Part shown: positions 9,898 through 18,900 of the stretch, piece after piece
Layout: every line of letters starts with the position of its first letter
How positions within the stretch are numbered: the stretch's first letter is position 1
NCBI GenBank assembly: GCA_965248265.1
Contig: CBDFJF010000001.1
Span: 1,888,001 to 1,952,000 of the forward strand
Reading direction: 5' to 3'
Origin: Candidatus Latescibacterota bacterium
GTDB taxonomy: Bacteria > Latescibacterota > UBA2968 > UBA8231
Length of the DNA: 64,000 bases
The notes under the pieces: generated by a model
Seen by the model: only the letters and a program-made list of their open reading frames with translations
The model's database searches: none
What the model was told of the DNA's origin: nothing
Translations under genes and position numbers: made by a program

Positions 9898-10950
9898 TCA
9901 GAACGTCAGATTGATGGAGAAGCGAGTGTTGTCCTGAAGCGGAGTGTCCTCGCCGGTTATGTAGGCGACATCCACCTGGAACACGTTGTACTTGAGGCCG
10001 ACGCCGAATGTCGGTGTTTCCAATTCGCCGTCACGGTCCATCGAATAACCGGCACGCAGAGCGAGGAACGAGAGGTCCTTGACATCCGACAACCCATACC
10101 GGTACTCACCGCCCACGTGTAGATCCATCTCCCTGAACTCGTCGCTCATGGATTCATCCGTCCACGCCTTGAGTAGGTTGCTGGCGAATGAGCCGTCGGC
10201 TATCAACGGCTTGTACAAATCCAACGACAACAACAGTGCATGGTACTCCGTTTCCATGGCCTCGTAGGCTGCCCCGATCACGATGTGCTGCGGCAGCGGA
10301 TCGGCCTGACTGGCGTCGATGTAGGAGATCTTGGGACCCAGATTCCGCAATGCGCCGCCGAACGTCAGATTGGGCGTAAAGTGCCACAATATGCCGAGAT
10401 CAGTGGCGAAGCTGTTGCCGACGCCACTGCCCTGCTCCAATCCGGCACCCTGATCGGCCAGGTTGCTGCGGATGAACTTGATGGCGATGCCGGCAGCCAT
10501 ATTGTCGGATATGTGTGAGCCGTAGGCAGCGGATATCGCCAGGTCGTAGCTGCTGAACGTTCCCCGTCCTATGCCCCGCTCGTCTGTCCGATTCTGTTCA
10601 CCGAGATCCAGCAAAGTACCGCTGATCCCGATGTTGCCCCCCCAGTTGGGTACCGGCTGCGAGTACGCGAGAAATTCGTAAGACAGGTCATCCGCCAGGT
10701 TGGGCAGCCATTTCTGGTGAGTGAAATTCAGCTGGCGCCGTGGTTGTCCCGCCAGAGCCGCCGGGTTGAAGTAGCTGGCGGTCGCGTCGTCAGCTATGGC
10801 CACGTAGGATTCACCCATGCCGCTGGCACGAGCTCCGGGTTCAATTAGGAGAAACAACACCCCGGCGCGGCTTTCTGGTGTAGCTGCGGCCCGACTGGCG
10901 GCCCCACTGATGCAGATGCCTGCCAGAAGAAGGGTAAACAGCGTTCTCAT
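9898..10950 (-). CDS. porV: PorV/PorQ-family outer-membrane beta-barrel
   Basis: FLLIEPGARASGMG, DDATASYFNPAAL, RNLGPKISY..QADPLP; adjacent to porU. Confidence 0.85.
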   Translation of the reverse strand: MRTLFTLLLAGICISGAASRAAATPESRAGVLFLLIEPGARASGMGESYVAIADDATASYFNPAALAGQPRRQLNFTHQKWLPNLADDLSYEFLAYSQPVPNWGGNIGISGTLLDLGEQNRTDERGIGRGTFSSYDLAISAAYGSHISDNMAAGIAIKFIRSNLADQGAGLEQGSGVGNSFATDLGILWHFTPNLTFGGALRNLGPKISYIDASQADPLPQHIVIGAAYEAMETEYHALLLSLDLYKPLIADGSFASNLLKAWTDESMSDEFREMDLHVGGEYRYGLSDVKDLSFLALRAGYSMDRDGELETPTFGVGLKYNVFQVDVAYITGEDTPLQDNTRFSINLTF

Positions 10951-11017
10951 TTCAGATGCCTCCTATCGATTTCAATTCCTAACTATCGGTGATGCCATGA
11001 TCAGGGCTGTGTCAGAG

Positions 11018-11086
11018 GTCACGGTTTCTTGACCTCCGGTCACGCTTTTTGTGACCTCCCGTCACGGTTTCTTGACCTCCAGTCAC
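11018..11086. repeat. About 21-22 bp direct repeat x3 in the porU-porV intergenic region
   Basis: GTCACGGTTTCTTGACCTCC at 11018 and 11061, variant at 11039; a fourth partial GTCAC contains the porU stop codon. Confidence 0.85.
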
Positions 11087-14000
11087 CTGGTTACCTGTAA
11101 TACAGATGTGGCTTCAAACTCCAGACCCTGCTCTGCAACGACCTCCATCCGATACAGATAGGCACCATTCGCCAGCGCTGTGGGCGGCTCCCAAGCGACC
11201 TGATTGTAGCCGGGATGCCCGTCACCCTCTATATCGTCGACCAATCTACCTGATAAAGTGAAAACTTTGATACGGACGGTGCGCGCGGGTGTCGTTAGAA
11301 TATACGTAAAGTGCCCCTGATCATGCATTGGATTGGGATGGAATATCACGGATGACAGAGGAGACCCTTCGGTCTCAGCAACCTGCACCGTGGTCTGGGC
11401 ACGGGAGGAGTTGTTGAAGTTGTCCCACACCTTCAGACTGATGTCGTGGCTTCCAGGTTCCAGTTCCGGCATTTCGTATTCGATCACACCGGTTCGGTAG
11501 TCCCCGTTCAGACTGGTGTAGGAATCCGTCACCTTGAACAGCTCGTCATCGATGCGGAGTTCGATTTCGTGCCCCGTTTCCCCCGTTATGTTGATGCCGC
11601 CCGCATCCTCGATTGGTGCCATGAGCAGCGGCCTGTTGGGAACAAAATCACCATCCCTGAACTCGGATTGCCCTTCGAATGCCAATGTTATTGCCGGGCC
11701 GTCGATGTCCGGCTCTACGCCATCCTGGGTCCCGCCGAAGGCGATACCTAGAACGGTTCCGTGAGCCGTCGTCACTCCATCCCCCATGACGTAGGCACTG
11801 ATGCGGCCTTCGGACTCCCGGTAGCTGATGTCCTTGGGCACGCGGAACACGGCCTGGAAGGCACCGTCTTTAACATCGGTGAACGAGCGGAATATCGGCG
11901 CCCCTGGTTGCTCCCAGCGATTACCCTCCACCAAGCTGCGAACGGCCGAATCAAAGGCCTGAACGATGGCTTGGCCGTCGAAATCGACGATCGGATTGCC
12001 TGAAGAATCTCTGACCTGGCCCTCGACCAGAACCTCTTGGAAGGCCTTTAGCGAATCGGGTGCCTCGAGCTGCACGTTGAGGCGGGGCCGATGAAGGATC
12101 TGCGCCGGATCACCCAGAAGCGAATAGCGCTGAATGTTGACGCGATCGACAGGAAAGACATTGACGCGCTGCTTGGCTGCGGTCAAGCCCAATCCCACCG
12201 GCACTGCTGTATCCTCGCCCGCGTACATGACTCGGTGAAACTCCCTGGCCAGGACCATGTTGCTGGCGTGGAATCCGACTCGCGTTGCGGAAATGAAACC
12301 GATGACCCCACCATCCGGATCGCTTAGGAAAACCTCGGGCATGGATTCCCGGAGGGGATCGTCGAATACACCGACCTGGCTGGCAGCCGTGTACACTAGC
12401 GGCAGTCGACGGCCGTTATTGATGCCGTCGATGTCGCGGGTGAGTACGAACATCTGCTCATGGGCAAGTGTCGCTGGATTGCCGTGGCCGATGTAGGTCA
12501 GGATCAGCGCCCCTTCGTTGAACTGCTTGACGAAATCGTCGCGAGCCGCAGGCTTGGTACGACCCTCGAGCGGATAGCTGCCGACGTAGAGTTTCCTGAG
12601 ATCGAATTCCTGCGGTACCAGGAATTTGGCGATGTGCTCCGCGTCAGAAACGAAGAAGGATTCGTCGTTGTTTGTTGCAGGATTCGTCTTGTCATCGGCT
12701 ACCAGCAACACCCGCGCTTGCCACAATCCGATCTCGGGATCGCGGTCGTAAGCGATGAGCTTGTCTACCAGGGTCTCGGCATTGCTCGCCGACCTCACGG
12801 GCAAACGGCCGATGGCGAGATCAGGTAGCTTGTCGATCCCATCCGTGCGCACATACCACTCGTCGTACATGCTGGAACCGTCCTGGAATGGAGGGATCCA
12901 GTTGGTGTGGCTGATGCCGAGGTTGTTCTTGTAATCGTAGGTCCCATCCCCCATCAGAACAATGAAGACTGGTGCCGGATCCCAGTTGCCGACGGCATAG
13001 GTAACGAAGCTTCTGATGGCCATCGGGTCGAGCAACCCACCCGAGAATTCGTCGTAGATGTCCTCGACATCGACAACCTTCGTGCTCAGCGGTGGGCCGA
13101 AGCGATCGTCGACCGCGCGCCAGGACGCCAACCTCTCAGCCGCGCCGAGAAAATCGCTGTGCGTGATGATGACGTACTCGGCTCCATTGTCCAGCGTTTT
13201 CAAGCCTGCCCGTGTCTTGCGTTCGAATGAAAGCGGGCGTTGCCACCGCGCCTCATTTGTAACCAGGTAGTAAGGCGGCTTGCCGACTCCGCTGTAGAAT
13301 CCCTGAAAGGTTACAGAGCCACTCGTCGAGTCGTATTCGAAGTCGACGATCTCGTTTAGTTCTCCCACTGATTTGACGTCGAAAATTCGCGGACGGCCCT
13401 CGTCGAAACCGGTCAGGTGAAACTCCGCGGTGTTGCCGCCTAGTTGCAGTGCGGACCGGTTCGTGTCTGCCGCTCCCAACCAGTCGAACACCAGCTCGCC
13501 ACCGCGCGCATGCAACGCCCGGCCGTACTCAATTTCGTACCAGTCAAAACGTGTCGCCGTGTTGTCTCGATGAAAAACGCCGAGTTGGTTCAACCCCTCC
13601 ACGGCACCGGTTGGCGAGGAAACGCTGAGGGTCGCCGCCTGCTTCCCGGTAAAATTTCGAAGGGCGATGACGCTGTCGTTCCAGCGCATCTCGAAACTGT
13701 GCAGTCCTTCGTTCAGCCCCCAGAACCTCAGCTTGACATCGACTTGCTCGTCGGACGATACCTCCGAGAGCAGATGGTGGTAGTTGCGCGCGTTGCCGCG
13801 AAAGGTCTCCCAGAACCAGTCGTATCCAGACTTGATGCCCAGAAGCTGGGTAAAAATCTCCTTCTCGTCCTCTTCGTGGAGACGTTCCCGGTAGCGATTT
13901 GATTGTCTCGGCTCCACTTCGGTGAGCGCCCCGGACGAGCTTTCGACTCGCAGGCCCTCACGGAGTCTACCTTCCCACTCCAGGAAATAGACGTTGTCCT

Positions 14001-15027
14001 TGGTGTACGCATTTTGACGCCAGAAGTAGCCGTCTCTGCTGCTATGATCCCAACGCTCCACCGGTTCGCCATAAAACAGCACCGCGTCATCAATGTCGAA
14101 GCGTCCGTCATCGCCGCCTTCCACCAGGATCGGAATCTCTTTCAAAAAGACGCCCGCACTCGGTGTGCTGGAGCGCCCGAGTGTCAATCCTCCAGCGTAG
14201 AGCATACGGATGGTGCCCGGTACTACCTCGATCAGCGGAACACCGGCATCTGCCAAATCCTGCCCGGTAACACGGTGGATTCCCTGCCGGCGTACCGTCA
14301 TGCGAACCCGGTCGGGCAAAGTGGCTCCTTGGAGAGTTGTTTTGGCTGCAGGCGCATGCCGGCGCCACGCTGCTGCCTGCTCATGGTTGATGATCGATTG
14401 CTTGTAGAGCTGGTCCTCCCATCGCCCACTGCGATGGCTGACCTGGCGATTGCGTGACGAACCTTCTGTAAAACGCACATCGACGACGACGCGACTGAAG
14501 AGTTCCACCTCGGCGTCGCCTTCAGCCAGTTTCGGCGCAAAACTGATCTGCACGACCCGTTGGTCTCGCAAGAAACCCGTTTCACCCATAATGACTGGAC
14601 CGTCAAGAGGCAGGTCCCATTCCTGGCCGTCCAGCACAGGCGCTGCGAATGTTCCACTGGAGATCACCTCGACGACCTCCAGTTGGACTTCTCCAGAGAG
14701 GGGGATGCCGACGACGACTGTTTGGTGCGACAACCGCAGCAAACCCTCCGGCGCCGTTGCCGTCGCTCCGGCTGTCGAGATCCACCGGTCGACGGTCGCC
14801 GCACACGAGTACGAAAGGCGGAGACGATCATGCTGCTGTTCAACGATCTCGACCCCGTTAGCGGCGACATGGTCGATCTGGCCTGGCCTTGAGGTGCCAG
14901 GACTGCCCGGCAAGGTTGCCTCGACATGGCTGACGATCATGAATAGCGTCGATAGGAGGAGGATCTTGTGGAGCCAATGCAGTGGGAGTGCATGACGGCT
15001 GGCGCGGCTGTGTTGGGAAAGCGGCAT
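11083..15027 (-). CDS. porU: PorU-like peptidase C25 (gingipain family) T9SS sortase with CTD; catalytic Cys position is Ser
   Basis: IYDEFSGG, LMGDGTYDY, IGRLP, TYIGHG, YTAASQVGVFDD, LLGDP, KVWDNFNNSS, FHPNP...GAYLYRM. Confidence 0.88.
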   Translation of the reverse strand: MPLSQHSRASRHALPLHWLHKILLLSTLFMIVSHVEATLPGSPGTSRPGQIDHVAANGVEIVEQQHDRLRLSYSCAATVDRWISTAGATATAPEGLLRLSHQTVVVGIPLSGEVQLEVVEVISSGTFAAPVLDGQEWDLPLDGPVIMGETGFLRDQRVVQISFAPKLAEGDAEVELFSRVVVDVRFTEGSSRNRQVSHRSGRWEDQLYKQSIINHEQAAAWRRHAPAAKTTLQGATLPDRVRMTVRRQGIHRVTGQDLADAGVPLIEVVPGTIRMLYAGGLTLGRSSTPSAGVFLKEIPILVEGGDDGRFDIDDAVLFYGEPVERWDHSSRDGYFWRQNAYTKDNVYFLEWEGRLREGLRVESSSGALTEVEPRQSNRYRERLHEEDEKEIFTQLLGIKSGYDWFWETFRGNARNYHHLLSEVSSDEQVDVKLRFWGLNEGLHSFEMRWNDSVIALRNFTGKQAATLSVSSPTGAVEGLNQLGVFHRDNTATRFDWYEIEYGRALHARGGELVFDWLGAADTNRSALQLGGNTAEFHLTGFDEGRPRIFDVKSVGELNEIVDFEYDSTSGSVTFQGFYSGVGKPPYYLVTNEARWQRPLSFERKTRAGLKTLDNGAEYVIITHSDFLGAAERLASWRAVDDRFGPPLSTKVVDVEDIYDEFSGGLLDPMAIRSFVTYAVGNWDPAPVFIVLMGDGTYDYKNNLGISHTNWIPPFQDGSSMYDEWYVRTDGIDKLPDLAIGRLPVRSASNAETLVDKLIAYDRDPEIGLWQARVLLVADDKTNPATNNDESFFVSDAEHIAKFLVPQEFDLRKLYVGSYPLEGRTKPAARDDFVKQFNEGALILTYIGHGNPATLAHEQMFVLTRDIDGINNGRRLPLVYTAASQVGVFDDPLRESMPEVFLSDPDGGVIGFISATRVGFHASNMVLAREFHRVMYAGEDTAVPVGLGLTAAKQRVNVFPVDRVNIQRYSLLGDPAQILHRPRLNVQLEAPDSLKAFQEVLVEGQVRDSSGNPIVDFDGQAIVQAFDSAVRSLVEGNRWEQPGAPIFRSFTDVKDGAFQAVFRVPKDISYRESEGRISAYVMGDGVTTAHGTVLGIAFGGTQDGVEPDIDGPAITLAFEGQSEFRDGDFVPNRPLLMAPIEDAGGINITGETGHEIELRIDDELFKVTDSYTSLNGDYRTGVIEYEMPELEPGSHDISLKVWDNFNNSSRAQTTVQVAETEGSPLSSVIFHPNPMHDQGHFTYILTTPARTVRIKVFTLSGRLVDDIEGDGHPGYNQVAWEPPTALANGAYLYRMEVVAEQGLEFEATSVLQVTR

Positions 15028-15180
15028 AGATGTGACGAAGTCTTGAGGAGAGGAGGGTCGTCGACTCGGTTATTGGCAGACGGCGGTGCCGCTTGTTTGT
15101 TCCCCCCCAAACACTTGGGCAGGAAGGAACTAAGCCCTTGAAATACATCAACGTTATCTCCTCTTGTCAAGGCTGGATCC

Positions 15181-15209
15181 TTGACCGTCGCATTAGTTGC
15201 CATTATCTT
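15181..15209 (+). promoter_or_regulatory. Putative sigma70 promoter of rpmB
   Basis: TTGACC-N17-TATCTT about 50 bp upstream of the ATG. Confidence 0.5.
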
Positions 15210-15260
15210 TGTTGATTCAGCTAGTTATGATCAGGTGGCGTCCACCAGTGAGAGGTTTCC

Positions 15261-15488
15261 ATGGCACGTGTGTGTCAGGTGTCGGGCAAGCGCAGGATGG
15301 TTGGCAACAGCGTCAGCCACTCACATCGCAAAACCAAGAGGGTTCAGCGGCCGAACCTGATCAAGAAACGCATCTACCTTCCGGAGGAAGGCAGATCGGT
15401 AACGCTCAAGTTGTCTGCTCGCACATTGCGGACCATGAACAAAAAAGGCGTGCAAAAGGTTCTCAAGGACTCCGGAATCAAGATCTGA
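15261..15488 (+). CDS. rpmB: 50S ribosomal protein L28
   Basis: MARVCQVSGKR..GNSVSHSHRKTKRVQRPNL. Confidence 0.97.
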   Translation: MARVCQVSGKRRMVGNSVSHSHRKTKRVQRPNLIKKRIYLPEEGRSVTLKLSARTLRTMNKKGVQKVLKDSGIKI

Positions 15489-15807
15489 TTCCCACTCTCC
15501 CAGTCCTCATCACCAGCCACGCCGATACGCGCTCAACCTCGCGCGCCGTTGCTGCCAACCTGTCGTCCTGCTCTGTTTTTCTTCAGGCTCTGTTTTTCTT
15601 CAGCCCGTTATGGAGCGCTGTACACGACGCACTCCCGCCAACCCCACCCGAAGCCACGAAGACAGACCCTCTCTGGGCTTGGATTGCCGGACCACCTCCG
15701 GTTGATGCAAATCGCAGCAACGGCGCCATAATTTTCGCCGCCGCTGTCGTTGTCTCAGGTGGCGACTGCGTATGTACGACCTTCGTGTCATCCTCGTACC
15801 CGCTCTG

Positions 15808-16113
15808 TCAAACCAGCAGCGATTCGATTTCCCGCTGCACCTGCTCGTCCCTGACCTGATCGATTACTTCCTTAAAATAATGAGCCGCGCCGCTGATGAT
15901 GAGCCGCTCGAGTGCCTCGATCTCGTCCTCTGAATAGGCCCCGGAGTCCTTCACCAACTCCATGTATTCAACCTTGGCATCCATGTCTAGCTGCGATACC
16001 GCGCCGAGCATATCAAACAGCTTGTAGGCGGCTTCGCTCTCCAGGCAACGGTCTACGATCAGAGCCAGTTTCTCATTCTTGACGGCCGAGTCTATCTCGA
16101 TTCTTTCATCCAC
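15808..16113 (-). CDS. Hypothetical acidic helical protein
   Basis: 101-aa ORF with natural composition and a GAGGG RBS upstream. Confidence 0.7.
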   Translation of the reverse strand: MDERIEIDSAVKNEKLALIVDRCLESEAAYKLFDMLGAVSQLDMDAKVEYMELVKDSGAYSEDEIEALERLIISGAAHYFKEVIDQVRDEQVQREIESLLV

Positions 16114-16600
16114 GGTTGACCCCTCTTGCTCGATTGATACGCTCGTGAGTGTTGGGTTGCGGCGCGCCCTTACCCGCTATGGTGAGACGCCGTTTTGATT
16201 CCGAGCTCATCCCGCATCCCTGGGAACTCACTCTCCCAGACCCTTGAGCAAGGTTCGGGCCTGGACGAATCAGATTGACAATCGACTGTGGACTACTTTG
16301 TCGATAATTACAAAAACTTCCATAATTACAGTATGTTACGTGTAATAAATTTGGGCCGGGGGGATCCTGTACGGCCCCGTGCGTTGCCAACGCAAAATCA
16401 GCGTGGAGGAAATATCTTCCCTGGAGGACCAGAGACATGGGAACTGATGACCTGGTTGATCGGGTTGATCTGGTTGACGGCAAACGAGAAGAAACTGACT
16501 CGAAGGCGAGTTGGCCTGTGGTAAGGGTGGTCCTATTTTGAGAGGGGAAGAACGAAACTCCCCCCACTCCCAACCATTGAGAAACAGGAAAGAACAAAAT

Positions 16601-16876
16601 ATGGTCGATAAAGAACTACTGGAGATTCTCGCCTGTCCCGAATCCAAGGAACCAGTTTACCTGGCCCATGAATCAATGATCGAGGAACTCAACGCCCGCG
16701 TGGAACGCGGTGAGTTGACCAACCGTGGTGGCAAGAAGGTGGAAAAGAAGATGGACGGTGGGCTGGTCCGTGAAGACGGTGCGTATCTCTACCCGATCGA
16801 AGACGACATACCGATCATGTTGATCGATGAAGCGATCCCCGTGGGTGAACTGGGAATCGAGGCGAAGCGGCAATAG
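16601..16876 (+). CDS. Trm112/YcaR (UPF0434) family protein
   Basis: MVDKELLEILACPESK...YPIEDDIPIMLIDEA; start reassigned to ATG 16601. Confidence 0.9.
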   Translation: MVDKELLEILACPESKEPVYLAHESMIEELNARVERGELTNRGGKKVEKKMDGGLVREDGAYLYPIEDDIPIMLIDEAIPVGELGIEAKRQ

Positions 16877-16892
16877 TTTGCCGGCGTACCGC

Positions 16893-17435
16893 TCAAGCCT
16901 CCGGTGAAACTGGCGGACCTTCTACCTGAATCAGTGTCTGAGTTCCGTCCCGGTTGCGCAACAGGGTGATCTCGACCCTAGCCTGTCTCGATTTGGCCTG
17001 AAAATCTTCTACTAGCTCGACGGTATGCTGATGCTTGAGCAGATCGTGGGCTATGAGCAGATCGAATCCTTCCCGCGCAATGACTCCGAAGGGCTGGCCG
17101 CGGTAATACACCTGATAGGCGCGCAGGGTCGTACCCTCTGACTTCTCTTCCTCCGTTCCCCTCTTCAACCGCAAGTCGTGAGTCAGCACAAATCCGATGA
17201 AATTGGCGACCACGACGGCCAGATCACTGACGACGACCGGCGTACTCGAAAGATTGAAAAGCGCCAGGGGAATCAGGCACACCAGCATCAGGCAGGTCAT
17301 GAAAAAGAACACGAGCCTCGCACGTGCCATCGACATTCCAGCGCGCTTGGCCTCGAGCATACCGAAGATTCGTATGATGATACCGACGAAGAGTGCGGCG
17401 AACAGGGCGATGATGACCAGCTCGAGAGGTTTCAT
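16893..17435 (-). CDS. Hypothetical membrane protein (about 3 TM segments)
   Basis: Three hydrophobic segments followed by a soluble C-terminal domain. Confidence 0.7.
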   Translation of the reverse strand: MKPLELVIIALFAALFVGIIIRIFGMLEAKRAGMSMARARLVFFFMTCLMLVCLIPLALFNLSSTPVVVSDLAVVVANFIGFVLTHDLRLKRGTEEEKSEGTTLRAYQVYYRGQPFGVIAREGFDLLIAHDLLKHQHTVELVEDFQAKSRQARVEITLLRNRDGTQTLIQVEGPPVSPEA

Positions 17436-17535
17436 TCAGATGCTTCCCACAAACTGCTCGGCAGCACGGTAAACGAAAACGGCGCCTGCGACCGTCGAGG
17501 AGTCACAAGCGCCTGTTTTTACTGAGGTTATAATT

Positions 17536-17620
17536 TGGTGCGGAAGCGGGGACTCGAACCCCGACGCCCGAAGGCACTGCCCCCTCAAGACAGCGTGTCT
17601 ACCAATTTCACCACTTCCGC
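17536..17620 (-). tRNA. tRNA-Leu(GAG)
   Basis: GCGGAAGTGGTGAAATTGGTAGACACG..CTTGAGGG..GGTTCGAGTCC..CCA; long variable arm; typical position downstream of secG. Confidence 0.97.
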
Positions 17621-17725
17621 AAGAGCTCGACCCAAGGTCGAGATTCAAGCTCGATCGCTTTAGATCGCGATTCCGAAATAGCAATCTCCGATTGCTATTT
17701 TAAAAGCTCGATCAGGGATCGAGCT

Positions 17726-18109
17726 TCATTCACCGCCTTCGTCAGCGTCCGTTTCGAGGCCACCAAGAACAGATGGTGAATCCTCGTCGGTCGTGGACCC
17801 TGCGAAAGGGGTCACCTGGTAGGGGCCATCTTCACTCAGCATGCGTTCACTGGCCGTCGTCGGCAATTCGTCCGTGGAACCTCCCTGTAACAGAGCCTGC
17901 ACTATGCAGCTGAGCAGAAAGGTCGTGGCCAAAACGGTCGTGGTCTTGGTGAGAAAGGTCGCGGCCGTGCGCCCCCCAAGAACGGACGTGGAACTCATCC
18001 CGCCCCCTATCGAGCCTGCCAAACCGCCACCCTTTCCCGCCTGCAGCAGAACGGCGACGATCAAGAGCAATGCCACGAGCACGTGAATGATGGTCAGAAA
18101 TACTGTCAT
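17726..18109 (-). CDS. secG: Preprotein translocase subunit SecG
   Basis: LIVAVLLQAGKGGGLAG...FLTKTT; follows tpiA. Confidence 0.95.
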   Translation of the reverse strand: MTVFLTIIHVLVALLLIVAVLLQAGKGGGLAGSIGGGMSSTSVLGGRTAATFLTKTTTVLATTFLLSCIVQALLQGGSTDELPTTASERMLSEDGPYQVTPFAGSTTDEDSPSVLGGLETDADEGGE

Positions 18110-18900
18110 TAATCGATCCCCGCTTGAACGATGGCGGCGAAACTATCGGCGTCAAGGGAAGCCCCCCCGATCAGGCCGCCATCGATATTCTCCTGCTCGA
18201 ACAACTCGGCCGCATTTTCGGGCTTGACGCTACCCCCGTACTGGATGCGGATGCCCTCGGCGACCTTCTCTTCCCGCTCGTATCGCAACCACTTGCGCAA
18301 CACGGCATGGACATCTTCCGCCTGTGCGGCGGTAGCGGTTTGACCGGTACCGATTGCCCAGACTGGCTCGTATGCCAGGGATATTCGGGAAAGATCTTCG
18401 GAGGGGATGCCGTCAAGCGCTGACTCGAGCTGCCCGAGAACGACGCTGTTGGTATTGCCGGCCTCCCGCTGCTGAAGCGTCTCCCCGACACAAACAATGG
18501 GCTCGAGACCGGCCCTCAATGCAGCGGCCAGTTTCCGTCTGACAACCTCATCGGTGTCACCGAACAACTGGCGCCGCTCAGAGTGACCTAAAATAACGTA
18601 GCGACATCCACTGGTCAAGATCATGGCGGCCGACACTTCGCCGGTGAAAGCACCTTCGGCTTCCCAGTGTAAGTTCTGCGCCCCCAAGGCGATAGGAGAG
18701 CCGGCCAGAGCTTCGCGCACGGCTTGCAGACTCGGGAATGACGGACACAGGACAACATCCAACCTGGCGCAGGAATCGGCTATGCGAGCACCCACCGCCC
18801 GCGCCAACTCTGCCGCTTCCTGTTCGGTCTTGTGCATCTTCCAATTGGCGACGATCAGGCGGCGGCGAACTGCCGTCACGGTGTTTCGATCCTGGATCAC
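18109..18900 (-). CDS. tpiA: Triosephosphate isomerase
   Basis: ANWKMHK, GHSERR, AYEPVWAIGTG, YGGSVKP, GGLIGGASL; start GTG 18900 or 18879. Confidence 0.97.
   Translation of the reverse strand: MIQDRNTVTAVRRRLIVANWKMHKTEQEAAELARAVGARIADSCARLDVVLCPSFPSLQAVREALAGSPIALGAQNLHWEAEGAFTGEVSAAMILTSGCRYVILGHSERRQLFGDTDEVVRRKLAAALRAGLEPIVCVGETLQQREAGNTNSVVLGQLESALDGIPSEDLSRISLAYEPVWAIGTGQTATAAQAEDVHAVLRKWLRYEREEKVAEGIRIQYGGSVKPENAAELFEQENIDGGLIGGASLDADSFAAIVQAGID

Noticed and set aside
15570-15603. 17-bp perfect tandem duplication GCTCTGTTTTTCTTCAG x2
   Set aside because: Real, but only two copies in an intergenic region with no supportable function; counted only in the general duplication pattern.
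15197-15859. 220-aa ORF overlapping rpmB
   Set aside because: Out-of-frame overlap with a clear L28 gene and no recognisable motifs.
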